A stretch of 24,265 bases of DNA, from positions 1-24,265 of IMG/VR virus record IMGVR_UViG_3300030095_003804; one strand, given 5' to 3'. The notes below the pieces were generated by a model. It did not search any database and was not told the DNA's origin. It saw nothing but the letters and a program-made list of their open reading frames with translations. Below, piece after piece: positions 8,701-16,847 of this stretch; within the stretch, counting starts at the first letter, position 1; each line of letters starts with the position of its first letter. Position numbers and translations under genes: made by a program. Source of the stretch: a virus. Taxonomy: Duplodnaviria > Caudoviricetes.

Positions 8701-9066
8701 TTATCTGGAGAAAGTGCTATTAATTTTGCTAATAAAAATAAAAACATTAAAGTAAGTTCGGAAGTAGAAAGAAATTTATTTAAACTTGTTTATCCAACTT
8801 ATTTAAATAAAACTATACAAGATTTAAAAAATATGGGATATGATCCAGATTCAATTGAAAATGATAAATTAGAATTGTTAACAGATTATACATATAATAT
8901 TGGTACATTAAGAACTCATCCTAAATTTGTTAAGTCTATGATTGAAAACGATTTTGAAACAGCTAAAAAAGAATACAAAAGATTTACAGGAAAAATAGAA
9001 TTAGGAAAAAGAAATAAAGATACATTAGCAAGTTTAAACAGACTTGAAAAAAAATATGTTGGATAA
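5746..9066 (+). CDS. P22-like portal protein with a C-terminal pesticin-like (T4-lysozyme fold) muramidase domain
   Basis: Portal core 'HPLIIENAVKFQ', 'KKVYYD', 'PGFGFYGLGLIH', 'DAGQFANLPGGFK', then a coiled-coil and low-complexity linker. From about aa 914: 'FTFKQE...HVP..NSGVTIGPGYDMK...DYTYNIG'. Confidence 0.88.
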   Translation: MAIEKNPNDITTPLEKTREKITEASEGLGIDVKVDEEQEEDMAVDVDPITGEVEVALNEDSGKVLASISGDFYTNLADLMEEDDLEDIAATILDNYQSDKDSRDEWEQTFERGFDLLGLKLEETTEPFDGACTATHPLIIENAVKFQSKASQELFPAKGPIKTQIIGNPTPEKEAQAKRVKDFMNYQITDDMPEYFDEFEKMLFHLPLIGTAIKKVYYDETLGRPISEFIPIDQFQVSNLVSDLRRADRYTHLIYRTENDLKKEINAGMYRDVELGDPDRTNRGSITSKAEQVMGLSAYDDNPYDPSYSLLEQHVYLDLPEPFNSPNGEAWPYIVTVEQTSRKVLSIRRNWNDGDVRYLKREHFIAYKFVPGFGFYGLGLIHFLGNLTMSATAAMRALVDAGQFANLPGGFKARGVRVVGDNTPIMPGEFRDVEATGLDLGKSIVPLPYKEPSQVLYQMLGYVATAGQKFADTTDQVVADSTNYGPVGTTLALLEASGKFFSAIHKRLHKSQRDEFKILARINHEFLPTSYPYDIIGQSAEIFKQDFDGRVDVIPVSDPNIPSNAHRLAQSQMLLQLASQSPPGTFNMPEVNKAILNAANVDNPDRFLIQPQQEKQQDPLADIMTASKGMPIKAFPGQDHDSHIAVKTAYLQDPLNGANEVMKIVQPVLMANIREHMVLRFQEQMGGMMKANEGQVDEGGSLGMIMAQSAQQILKANQLAAQGGLDSIEQQNLNMQKEELNLRREKGVFDAQMQQQEFKLKEKEVDIDAMVEAAKIEEKKKTDTGNLTAKVVMDLLKMIDKNEPTKTQQPPIELAGGGTPADQFKQAADVAAMPTSMTPPTTRQNVLPKNFLEQAFEAQGIDPQRSFREKQQAREVEKPPVEDIAIVDDQDEVVETQDNKLAELTTETEREEEMTRELPENFGEFTFKQEIGSKSKQPHVPSINSGVTIGPGYDMKEKSKDQVINDLTTSGVSEDKAIKLSEGAQLSGESAINFANKNKNIKVSSEVERNLFKLVYPTYLNKTIQDLKNMGYDPDSIENDKLELLTDYTYNIGTLRTHPKFVKSMIENDFETAKKEYKRFTGKIELGKRNKDTLASLNRLEKKYVG

Positions 9067-10069
9067 AATAGAAAATCACGGTGTTTCACTTCCAGATCCA
9101 GCTGTAGTTTTTGAGGGTAAACAAGTTGTTAACACGAACGAATATCCAGAGTATTATTTAAGATTAAAACATGCGATAAGAATTTACGACAAAAGCATGT
9201 TTATAAGTAATCTAGAACGGTTATATCAAGAACTCGACAGTAAACAAACGTTTCTATATAGCACTCATATTGAAAATCAATTTAAAAAAGCTGTTTCTCA
9301 ACTAGTCTTAAAACAAAAAAATGACAATATTAGTTATAAAATTAAAAACAAACAATTTAATGACGAAGGATATTGGGATACATCTATTGATACCGACGAT
9401 TTAAATAAATGTTTAAAACAAGATATAGAAACGTTAGAACAAGCTCATCCTGTTAGAAATACACGAATACAAGATAAAATAGTAAACTTACCAAAAGAAC
9501 ATACTATCTTTGACAAGTTAAATAAAGTTTACACACAGCACAATCTATTACCAAAACCTTTTTCTATTACAGATATCAACTTACATATTAGTGATAACCA
9601 TGATACGTTTAATGAGTATTTTCAAAACGATCAACGTAAGTATCCACATAATAAACTGTATACGTTACATATAGATCCAAAATACAATTATATTAAAAGT
9701 ATTATTTATTTAAATGAAGTAACAGAAACCAATGGCCCCTTTGCTTTTATACCTCGATCTCATCGGTGGGAATTTGACCCCCTCGAAATCTTCTTCGCCA
9801 AAAGTAATCAATTGGTTAATACTTTATCTACACCTGAAGATAGGGCTGCTAATGCTACCTTACCGATATGGGCAAGAAAGAACTCATACTTTTCTAGACA
9901 ATTTACAGACGAAGAGCCATTATCCCAGAGACTTCAAATAATGTTAAAACACTTTACTTCAGACAAAAGTAATTTTATATTATTTGAACCAAACTATGGT
10001 TGGCATAGAGGTACACATGTAAAAGAAGGAAAACGAATAGCTTTACAGGTAATATTAAAGCCATGTTAA
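9056..10069 (+). CDS. PhyH-like Fe(II)/2-oxoglutarate dioxygenase
   Basis: 'LHID' (HxD), 'IIYLNEVTETNGPFAFIPRSH', distal 'WHRG' and 'RIAL' Arg; start at ATG 9056 overlaps the portal end. Confidence 0.8.
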   Translation: MLDKIENHGVSLPDPAVVFEGKQVVNTNEYPEYYLRLKHAIRIYDKSMFISNLERLYQELDSKQTFLYSTHIENQFKKAVSQLVLKQKNDNISYKIKNKQFNDEGYWDTSIDTDDLNKCLKQDIETLEQAHPVRNTRIQDKIVNLPKEHTIFDKLNKVYTQHNLLPKPFSITDINLHISDNHDTFNEYFQNDQRKYPHNKLYTLHIDPKYNYIKSIIYLNEVTETNGPFAFIPRSHRWEFDPLEIFFAKSNQLVNTLSTPEDRAANATLPIWARKNSYFSRQFTDEEPLSQRLQIMLKHFTSDKSNFILFEPNYGWHRGTHVKEGKRIALQVILKPC

Positions 10070-10206
10070 AATGTAAACATTGTAATACAGAAATAAATTG
10101 GATAAACTACAAAGACGAAGACGAGGACCCAGAAATGTTAAAATTATTATTTAGTAGCTTTTCATGTCCAACGTGTGGTAAAAAACAGAATGAACCAACA
10201 GCTTAA
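10063..10206 (+). CDS. 47-aa zinc-ribbon microprotein (not in the ORF track)
   Basis: Hand translation MLKCKHCNTEINWINYKDEDEDPEMLKLLFSSFSCPTCGKKQNEPTA*; CxxC...CxxCG; overlaps both neighbours and fills the gap. Confidence 0.75.
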   Translation: MLKCKHCNTEINWINYKDEDEDPEMLKLLFSSFSCPTCGKKQNEPTA

Positions 10207-10915
10207 TCTTTCTGACGAAGTTTTAAATAGACGAGTTTTCAATCAACATTATTATGACTTACATAGTCAACACTTTATGTTAAGTCAAACTAAAAACTAT
10301 ATTACCGATAGCACCGTTATTGATGTAGGTGCAGCTGTGGGTATGTATACAAAGTTCTTTGCACAATATGCAAACAGTGTCACCAGTTATGAAGCTGTTC
10401 CACCGGTATACGAACAGTTATTAAAAATTCATAAAGAATGTCTTAATACAATGGTATGGAATAAAGGTGTATCCGATAAAGTAGGCACATCAACATTCTA
10501 TGTAGATGACAAACGATTGTCTAATTCAGGTTTTCAAGATTTAGTCGGAGGACAACCAATTGAAGTTGAAACTACCACATTAGATGAGATGCATCTGAAA
10601 CACACACCAGATATTTGTTTTATTAAAATAGATACAGAAGGCACAGAACTTGATGTCTTAAATGGTGGTCAAAAACTTATTGATAAACATAAGCCTCATT
10701 TAATGATTGAGATTTATGAGAAGTACAATAAGTATCCTGTTGAAACAAGTTTTAAGTTTTGTTTTGACCGAGGATATAAATGTTATTATAACCATAAAGG
10801 AAAGGGATTAGTTGAAGTTCCTAGTATTGAATCAGGAGTCAAAATTGTTAAGACTATGGTTGATATTACAGACGGAGACTTTTTATTTGTAAATGGCAAT
10901 AGAATTACCAAATAG
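10190..10915 (+). CDS. FkbM-family methyltransferase
   Basis: 'VIDVGAAVGMYT', 'SYEAVP', 'VETTTLD', 'FIKIDTEGTELDVLNGG', 'LMIE'. Confidence 0.9.
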   Translation: MNQQLNLSDEVLNRRVFNQHYYDLHSQHFMLSQTKNYITDSTVIDVGAAVGMYTKFFAQYANSVTSYEAVPPVYEQLLKIHKECLNTMVWNKGVSDKVGTSTFYVDDKRLSNSGFQDLVGGQPIEVETTTLDEMHLKHTPDICFIKIDTEGTELDVLNGGQKLIDKHKPHLMIEIYEKYNKYPVETSFKFCFDRGYKCYYNHKGKGLVEVPSIESGVKIVKTMVDITDGDFLFVNGNRITK

Positions 10916-11510
10916 TGTATTTATACACGTACCTAAGACCGGAGGTCGGTGGGTTAAAGACATGTTGTTAAATTATGTAGAAGGAGCTAAACCAATTGGT
11001 GATGCAGTTTATGATTCTCATAATACACCAGAAATTTATGGCAAACCGAGTTTTGCTTTTTTAAGACATCCAATGACATGGGTTCATAGTTTGTTTCATC
11101 ATCGAGCTAAAAAGAAAGCAAACAGAAATGGTCATCAATGGAATTGGCAAGAACAATTAAGATTAGAAAAAGAATGCAAGGCAGAAAATTATGAGGATTT
11201 TTTAAACAATGTTGTCAACAACCCAAATGTTGTTCGTGACTATTTTAATTATTATACTACAACTCATTATCCAATGATTCAATTTGGGTATATGGAAAAT
11301 TTAGCACAAGACCTTATTTTAATGTTAAAGGGTTTTAACGAAAAATTTGATGAGCCTTCGATTCAAATGCATCATAAACTTTTAATAGGAGCTCGTAACA
11401 ATGAGCCACCTATATCGGTAGCTAATGCTATGATTAAAGAAGAATATTTAGAAAAGATAAAAATATCAGAAGCAGAACTTTTTAAATTACATCCAATATG
11501 GACTCATTAG
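10893..11510 (+). CDS. Sulfotransferase-family protein
   Basis: 5'-PSB loop 'FIHVPKTGG' and 3'-PB-like 'FAFLRHPMTWVHSLF', plus 'YMENLAQD'. Confidence 0.75.
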   Translation: MAIELPNSVFIHVPKTGGRWVKDMLLNYVEGAKPIGDAVYDSHNTPEIYGKPSFAFLRHPMTWVHSLFHHRAKKKANRNGHQWNWQEQLRLEKECKAENYEDFLNNVVNNPNVVRDYFNYYTTTHYPMIQFGYMENLAQDLILMLKGFNEKFDEPSIQMHHKLLIGARNNEPPISVANAMIKEEYLEKIKISEAELFKLHPIWTH

Positions 11511-11698
11511 CAGATTACTTACGAAGTAAATTGACGGAAAAGAAAGATAATTTAGCTCAAGCTATTTCAACAGGTTCGTCCGATTCTTATGACGAATACA
11601 AATATCAAGTTGGTATTATTGAAGGATTGACTTTAGCTATTGAAGAAACTAAACTAGCTGAAAAAAATATTTACAACGATACTGAAGAAGGAGATTAA
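11498..11698 (+). CDS. Small helical phage protein preceding GroES
   Basis: 'Y.EYKYQVGIIEGL' pattern; tightly coupled ORF. Confidence 0.7.
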   Translation: MDSLADYLRSKLTEKKDNLAQAISTGSSDSYDEYKYQVGIIEGLTLAIEETKLAEKNIYNDTEEGD

Positions 11699-11700
11699 TT

Positions 11701-12120
11701 ATGAGAGCAGCAGGAGTAGCAACAGCCGCAGCTGGTAATGACGAATGGATTACTAATAAGGATCAAAAAGACCCTGAAGTTTTACCAAGTTTACCCGGTT
11801 ACCATGTTCTAATTAGACCGGTAACTATTAGAGAAAAAACAAAAGGTGGTATTTTATTACCTAATAAATTTAAAGATGATGCAAAGTATTTAACAACAGT
11901 TGGTCGTGTATTAAAAGTTGGTGAGTTAGCTTATGCAGATACCAATAAATTCAAAGGTGGGTCATGGTGTAAGCCGGGAGATTATGTTGTGTATGGTAAA
12001 TATCAAGGAGATAAATTTTTCTATCAAGGAATTAGAATGATTCTTTTGTTTGATGATCAAATATTAATGGTCGTTCCAAACCCAGCTGATTTAGATCCTA
12101 GTTTGGATTTAAGTAGCTAA
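11701..12120 (+). CDS. groES: GroES/Cpn10-like co-chaperonin
   Basis: 'GYHVLIRP...EKTKGGILLP', 'GRVLKVG', 'KPGDYVVYGKYQG', 'DDQILMV'; RBS AAGGAG. Confidence 0.88.
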   Translation: MRAAGVATAAAGNDEWITNKDQKDPEVLPSLPGYHVLIRPVTIREKTKGGILLPNKFKDDAKYLTTVGRVLKVGELAYADTNKFKGGSWCKPGDYVVYGKYQGDKFFYQGIRMILLFDDQILMVVPNPADLDPSLDLSS

Positions 12121-12131
12121 TACTATATAAT
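12103..12131 (+). promoter_or_regulatory. Sigma70-like promoter for the scaffold/capsid genes
   Basis: TTGGAT (12103-12108) - 17 nt - TATAAT (12126-12131). Confidence 0.6.
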
Positions 12132-12143
12132 CTAAAATATTGA

Positions 12144-12169
12144 CGTAAACGTAACTCGTAACTACGGAG
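12144..12169 (+). repeat. Triple CGTAA repeat abutting the scaffold RBS
   Basis: CGTAAA-CGTAACT-CGTAACT-ACG-GAG. Confidence 0.7.
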
Positions 12170-12177
12170 AAATAAAA

Positions 12178-13215
12178 ATGAGTAATGAAATAGAAACTAA
12201 AACACAAGACGACGGATACCAAGAACTAGATGTTTCCAAAACAACAGACAAAGTTGAATATGAGTTAGAGGATGGAGGATCACCTGATAAGGGATTGGCA
12301 CCCTCCCCAACTTCTGAGCCGAAAGATGCTAGTCCCAGTAAAACTGAAGACAGCTACATTGTTGAATCGGAGAAATCTGAGGCATCTGAGCCAGCAAAAG
12401 AAAAAGAGTTAGAAGGCATTAATACTGCTGGTGCTGAAAAAAGAATAAGACAATTAATTAAACAACGTAAAGAAAGAGAAGAACAACTTGCTTTACAAGA
12501 AAGTAGAATTAAAGAATTAGAAGGTAAACTAACACAGTCTACTGAAAAGGTTCAAAAAACAGAGATTGCAAGTTTAGCTAATTTTGAAGGACAACTTAAA
12601 GAAAAGTTAAAACTAGCAGAACAAAATTATAAAGATGCATTTGATTCTGGTGATAAAGACCGAATGTTAGATGCACAAAAAACTATTGCTGATGCAACAA
12701 CTGAAATAAGAATGGTTGATGCAAAACGGTTCTACATGGAAGACCAAGCTGCTAAAGCTCCAACTCAACCAAGTAAAGCAGAACCTGTACAACAACCACA
12801 GCCTCAATCTCAACCACAACCTCAAAAGTTGCATGAATATGCTAGAGATTGGATATCAGAAAATAGTGAATGGTATAATAAAGATAGAATATTAACTCAA
12901 ACAGCTCACATTATAAATGAAGATATTATAAACGAGGGGTATGATCCAGAGAGTAAAGAGTTCTATAATGAGATAAGTAAAAGGCTAAAAAAAGAAATGC
13001 CTCACAAGTTTGGTCAGCAGGAGGAACCAATAAATAAACCTGCTCAAGTGGTTGCTGGAAAGTCACGTTCTTCAGCAACATCCAAAGGTAAGATTCGATT
13101 GTCTCAAGAAGATGTTCGACTTGCTAAAAAGATGAATGTACCTCTTGATGTGTATGCTAAAGAGAAAGCCAAGGTCGAGAAGGCCGGTGACGACTACACT
13201 TATGTTAATGCTTAA
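12178..13215 (+). CDS. Capsid scaffolding protein (putative)
   Basis: Acidic disordered N-terminus, long coiled coil, PQ-rich linker, C-terminal 'IRLSQEDVRLAKKMNVPLDVYAKEK'; located between GroES and capsid genes. Confidence 0.72.
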   Translation: MSNEIETKTQDDGYQELDVSKTTDKVEYELEDGGSPDKGLAPSPTSEPKDASPSKTEDSYIVESEKSEASEPAKEKELEGINTAGAEKRIRQLIKQRKEREEQLALQESRIKELEGKLTQSTEKVQKTEIASLANFEGQLKEKLKLAEQNYKDAFDSGDKDRMLDAQKTIADATTEIRMVDAKRFYMEDQAAKAPTQPSKAEPVQQPQPQSQPQPQKLHEYARDWISENSEWYNKDRILTQTAHIINEDIINEGYDPESKEFYNEISKRLKKEMPHKFGQQEEPINKPAQVVAGKSRSSATSKGKIRLSQEDVRLAKKMNVPLDVYAKEKAKVEKAGDDYTYVNA

Positions 13216-13250
13216 AACAACCACGTGGATAAAGAAAGGTAATAATTGAT

Positions 13251-13751
13251 ATGACTACCAATACAGTAAAGAACGTTAAAGCTGCTACTCGTTCGGCAAG
13301 TACAACTGCTCGTAAACAAAGAAGTACATACGAGAGAAAAAATTGGTTAAAGATACAACCAGAAGTTGAAGCACGATTCAAAGAGAAGGGTTTGACTCTT
13401 CGATGGGTTCGTATTTCAATCAAAGGTGTTTATGATGATCAGAATGTTCAACAGAAACAATATGAAGGATGGGAATTTGTCCGTCCAGAAGATGTTCCTG
13501 AAATAAGTGCGGGTTTCCAGAATCAAGAGTACGGAAATTTAGGACAATTAGTTGTTCGTGGTGATGTGGCTTTAGCTGCAAATACTATTGAGAATAGTGA
13601 GAACTACAAGAAACATGTAGAAAACTTTACTCAACAACAAACCGATGCAATTAATCGTCAACTTATGAGCAAAAACGATCCTCGTATGCCAATTTCTAAT
13701 AATAGTCGATCAAAAGTTACCACAGGTAGGCCTGCACACTTTGATAAATAG
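13251..13751 (+). CDS. Conserved head-module protein, function unknown
   Basis: 'LRWVRIS..G..D..NV.....EGWEFVRPE' pattern; RBS AAGGT. Confidence 0.7.
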   Translation: MTTNTVKNVKAATRSASTTARKQRSTYERKNWLKIQPEVEARFKEKGLTLRWVRISIKGVYDDQNVQQKQYEGWEFVRPEDVPEISAGFQNQEYGNLGQLVVRGDVALAANTIENSENYKKHVENFTQQQTDAINRQLMSKNDPRMPISNNSRSKVTTGRPAHFDK

Positions 13752-13805
13752 GTGTAAGGGTTTACTATAATGTAAACAACTTTTAACTATTAGGAGAACT
13801 AAATT

Positions 13806-14393
13806 ATGGCTACTACTAAAGCTTTTAATGGATTCCAACCTTCTAGAATGCGTGGTGGTGCGTACAATACCAGTGGTATGAACGAATATGGTATTAAAAC
13901 AGCCCATGCAACAGATATTTTCCAAGGTGACTTGGTAAAGATTGTCAGTGGTAAGGTACATAAAGTATCAGCTGCCACTGATCTAGTCGCAGGAGTCTTT
14001 ATGGGTGCTAATTGGGTAGATCCCTCAACTAAGCAACCAACATTCAGTAACTATTTCCCGGGAACTCAAGTGCATCATGGTGCAGGTGAGCCAAAGGCAT
14101 TAGTTTTGGATGATCCAGATGCTACATATATTATTCAAGCCGGGGCAACTGTTGCAGATGCTCAAATGGGTAAGAATATGGATGTATCATTAGGAGCTGG
14201 TTCTACGGTAACAGGTATGTCTGGTTTTAGTCTTAAAGGTGGAGCAGGTTCTGTTCAAGCCAAGACTGTAAGACTTTTAAGAAGATCCACGTTACCAAGT
14301 GAAGCAGCAACGGATGCATTTCCGAAAATCGAAGTAAAAGTACAACTACACCGTGACCATTATGGTATGGGTTCAGTTGTATCAATAACATAG
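13806..14393 (+). CDS. Capsid decoration/minor head protein (putative)
   Basis: 'GFQP', 'IFQGDLV', 'GVFMG', 'DDPDATYIIQ'; Gly/Ala-rich and directly before the MCP; RBS AGGAG. Confidence 0.68.
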   Translation: MATTKAFNGFQPSRMRGGAYNTSGMNEYGIKTAHATDIFQGDLVKIVSGKVHKVSAATDLVAGVFMGANWVDPSTKQPTFSNYFPGTQVHHGAGEPKALVLDDPDATYIIQAGATVADAQMGKNMDVSLGAGSTVTGMSGFSLKGGAGSVQAKTVRLLRRSTLPSEAATDAFPKIEVKVQLHRDHYGMGSVVSIT

Positions 14394-14414
14394 CATAAGG
14401 AAGGAGTATAAATT

Positions 14415-15356
14415 ATGGCTATTAATAGAGGTAATATTGCTAAACAGCTTCTTCCGGGTTTAAATGCGATCTTTGGTATGGAATACGGATCAATAGAGGA
14501 CGAACACGTTCCTTTGTTTGAAGTAGAAAATTCTGATAGAGCATTTGAGGAAGAAGTGTTATTCACTGGATTCGGTGAAGCACCAACTAAATCAGAGGGT
14601 GCTGCTGTTCAATTTGACTCAGCTACTGAATCTTTCACAAGTCGTTATTCACATGAGACAGTTGCTCTTGCTTTCGCAGTTACTGAGGAAGCAATGGAAG
14701 ATAACTTGTATGATACTTTCGCAAAAGTACGTGCAAGAGGTCTTGCTAGAGCCATGGCTGCTACTAAACAAGTAAAAGCTGCGAATGTATTTAACAATGG
14801 TTTCAATGCTACATTTGCTGGTGGAGATGGACAACCGTTCTTCTCTAACAGTCACCCAATTATTACGGGTGGTGTACAGGACAACTTGTTAGCTGCATCG
14901 GACTTATCTGAAGCAACAGTGGAAACAGCTATGATTGCAATACAAGAAACTAAAGATGATAGAAATATCCTCATTGGTTCTCGTGCTGAATCATTACACA
15001 TTCCACCTGCTTTACAATTTACTACTGAGAAAATCTTAGCAAGTACATTGTCAACTCAGATTGGTGTGAATCCAACTACAGCAGCAAACGGAGCTACAAA
15101 CTTGAACGATGTTAATGCATTACGTTCAATGAGTATGCTACCGGGTGGTTATTTTATAAATCATAGATTTACAGATGCAAATAACTACTTTTTTAAAACG
15201 GATGTTCCAAACGGAGCTAAAATGTTCGTAAGAGCACCGTTAGCTACTAAGATGGAGCCAGACTTTGATACTGGAAACTTGAGATTTAAAGCTAGAGAAA
15301 GATATAGCTTTGGTTTCAGTGACTGGAGATCATATTATGGTGCAAGTCCTGCTTAA
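14415..15356 (+). CDS. Major capsid protein
   Basis: 'LLPGLNAIFG.EY', 'SDRAFEEEV', 'EDNLY', 'GDGQPFFSNSHP', 'DFDTGNLRFKARERYSFG.SDWR'; strong RBS AAGGAG; followed by a terminator. Confidence 0.9.
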   Translation: MAINRGNIAKQLLPGLNAIFGMEYGSIEDEHVPLFEVENSDRAFEEEVLFTGFGEAPTKSEGAAVQFDSATESFTSRYSHETVALAFAVTEEAMEDNLYDTFAKVRARGLARAMAATKQVKAANVFNNGFNATFAGGDGQPFFSNSHPIITGGVQDNLLAASDLSEATVETAMIAIQETKDDRNILIGSRAESLHIPPALQFTTEKILASTLSTQIGVNPTTAANGATNLNDVNALRSMSMLPGGYFINHRFTDANNYFFKTDVPNGAKMFVRAPLATKMEPDFDTGNLRFKARERYSFGFSDWRSYYGASPA

Positions 15357-15364
15357 TTAAAAAT

Positions 15365-15387
15365 GGGGTCAGCAATGGCCCCTTTTT
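15365..15387 (+). terminator. Rho-independent terminator after the MCP gene
   Basis: GGGGTCA-GCAA-TGGCCCC-TTTTT (GNRA tetraloop). Confidence 0.88.
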
Positions 15388-15418
15388 ATTTAATACAATA
15401 ATTTATAAGGAATTTTAA

Positions 15419-15700
15419 ATGGCAACAAATATAAAAGCAATCTTTGCAACATCTACATCTACAATCGATTCGATTCCGGGTAGACTCAGAGGTTATAGCA
15501 TAATAAACGGTATGGCTTCAGCAACGGATATTGTATTAAGAGATGGTGGGGCAGCAGGTTCAGTTATTATGCAACAAAGACTAATAGCAGGAGGTTCATC
15601 AGATCAGTACATTGAAGATGGAGGAATCCGTTATCAAACAAATCTACATGTAACTATGAATGCAGGAGTAAGTGTAACCGGTACATTTTTTACAGGATAA
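15419..15700 (+). CDS. Small beta-rich putative virion protein
   Basis: 93 aa; RBS AAGGA; position after the MCP. Confidence 0.65.
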   Translation: MATNIKAIFATSTSTIDSIPGRLRGYSIINGMASATDIVLRDGGAAGSVIMQQRLIAGGSSDQYIEDGGIRYQTNLHVTMNAGVSVTGTFFTG

Positions 15701-15703
15701 AAC

Positions 15704-16006
15704 GTGGCTGTTCGTAAAAAAAGAAAAGGTATGGGCATTAAAACCAGTGTAAAATCTGGTAATTTTAGGTCTACAAAAACAGGAGCTGGAATGACTTCTA
15801 AAGGTGTAGCTGCTTATCGTCGTGCTAATCCCGGATCTAAATTAAAAACTGCTGTTACTGGAAGTGTAAAAAAAGGAAGTAAATCAGCTAAAAGAAGAAA
15901 GTCGTATTGTTCTCGTTCCGCAGGACAAGCAAAGATGCATAATATTAACTGTAGTAAGACACCGAAGAAAAGAATCTGTGCAGCTAGAAGAAGATGGAAA
16001 TGTTAA
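15704..16006 (+). CDS. Small highly basic protein (DUF6321-like, from memory)
   Basis: 'GMTSKGVAAYRRANPGSKLK', 'RRKSYCSRS.G', 'RRRWKC'. Confidence 0.7.
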   Translation: MAVRKKRKGMGIKTSVKSGNFRSTKTGAGMTSKGVAAYRRANPGSKLKTAVTGSVKKGSKSAKRRKSYCSRSAGQAKMHNINCSKTPKKRICAARRRWKC

Positions 16007-16010
16007 CATT

Positions 16011-16232
16011 ATGCAAAAAGATCAATTTACAGAACTCAAAGTAGAACTTACTAAACATATTGAACGTGAACAACAACTTCGTGAAGATGTCTCTGAGTTA
16101 AAGACAGACATGGGTTGTGTTAAAAAATCAATCTTTCAAGTTAAGTGGTTAGTTATTGGAGCATTATGTGCTACTATGGCTATGCAGTCTGGTATACCAA
16201 CCGTATTTGCAAAAATATTAGTAGGAATATAA
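16011..16232 (+). CDS. Coiled-coil protein with a C-terminal hydrophobic segment (holin-like or membrane protein, tentative)
   Basis: Heptad N-terminal region, then 'WLVIGALCATMAM...VFAKILVGI'. Confidence 0.55.
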   Translation: MQKDQFTELKVELTKHIEREQQLREDVSELKTDMGCVKKSIFQVKWLVIGALCATMAMQSGIPTVFAKILVGI

Positions 16233-16233
16233 T

Positions 16234-16566
16234 GTGGCAATTAGTCGATCAAACATTAGTCAACAAATTACAAAAGCCGGAGGAGGTAAAGTGACAAAAC
16301 TATGCCCGAGAGGAAAAGCAGCAGCTAAACGTAAATTCGCAGTGTATCCTAGTGCATATGCAAATGCTTATGCAAGTAAGGTCTGTGCAGGTAAAATAAA
16401 AGGTCCCGGAGGTAAAAAGAGAAAAGACTTTAGAGGACCAAAGCCTAGTAAAGCCGGTGGTGGAACTATTAATTTAAAAGGTGGTGGTAAGATTGCTCGT
16501 GGTTGTGGTGTTGTTGAAAACAATCGTAGAAAAAAAACTAAATACCCTAAAATGAAAAATGCTTAA
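16234..16566 (+). CDS. Small basic protein with PSAYA motif and KAGGG repeats
   Basis: 'KLCPRGKAAAKRKF.VYPSAYAN'; possible second start GTG 16291 behind GGAGG. Confidence 0.7.
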   Translation: MAISRSNISQQITKAGGGKVTKLCPRGKAAAKRKFAVYPSAYANAYASKVCAGKIKGPGGKKRKDFRGPKPSKAGGGTINLKGGGKIARGCGVVENNRRKKTKYPKMKNA

Positions 16567-16574
16567 AAAGAACC

Positions 16575-16847
16575 ATGGCTAAAAAAGGTTTAAAAACGTG
16601 GTTTAAAGAGAATTGGGTAGATATTTCTACAGGTAAAAAATGTGGACGTAAATCTGCTAAATCTTCAAAAAGAAAATATCCAGTCTGTCGTCCAAAGGCA
16701 GTTGCTGATAGAATGTCTAAAGGCCAAAAGTCTGCTGCGGTTAAACGTAAAAGAGGTAAGAGTAATATTGGTCCAAAGCCAACTTCTATACGATATCCAA
16801 TCAGTGCTAGTGGTAGGAAACAAAAACTTAGAAGGAAGAAACGATGA
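16575..16847 (+). CDS. Small basic protein
   Basis: 'GLKTWFKENWVDI...CGR...YPVCRP'. Confidence 0.7.
   Translation: MAKKGLKTWFKENWVDISTGKKCGRKSAKSSKRKYPVCRPKAVADRMSKGQKSAAVKRKRGKSNIGPKPTSIRYPISASGRKQKLRRKKR

Noticed and set aside
13221-13228. Palindrome CCACGTGG between the scaffold and the next gene
   Set aside because: A single 8-bp palindrome is expected by chance, and no second copy was noticed
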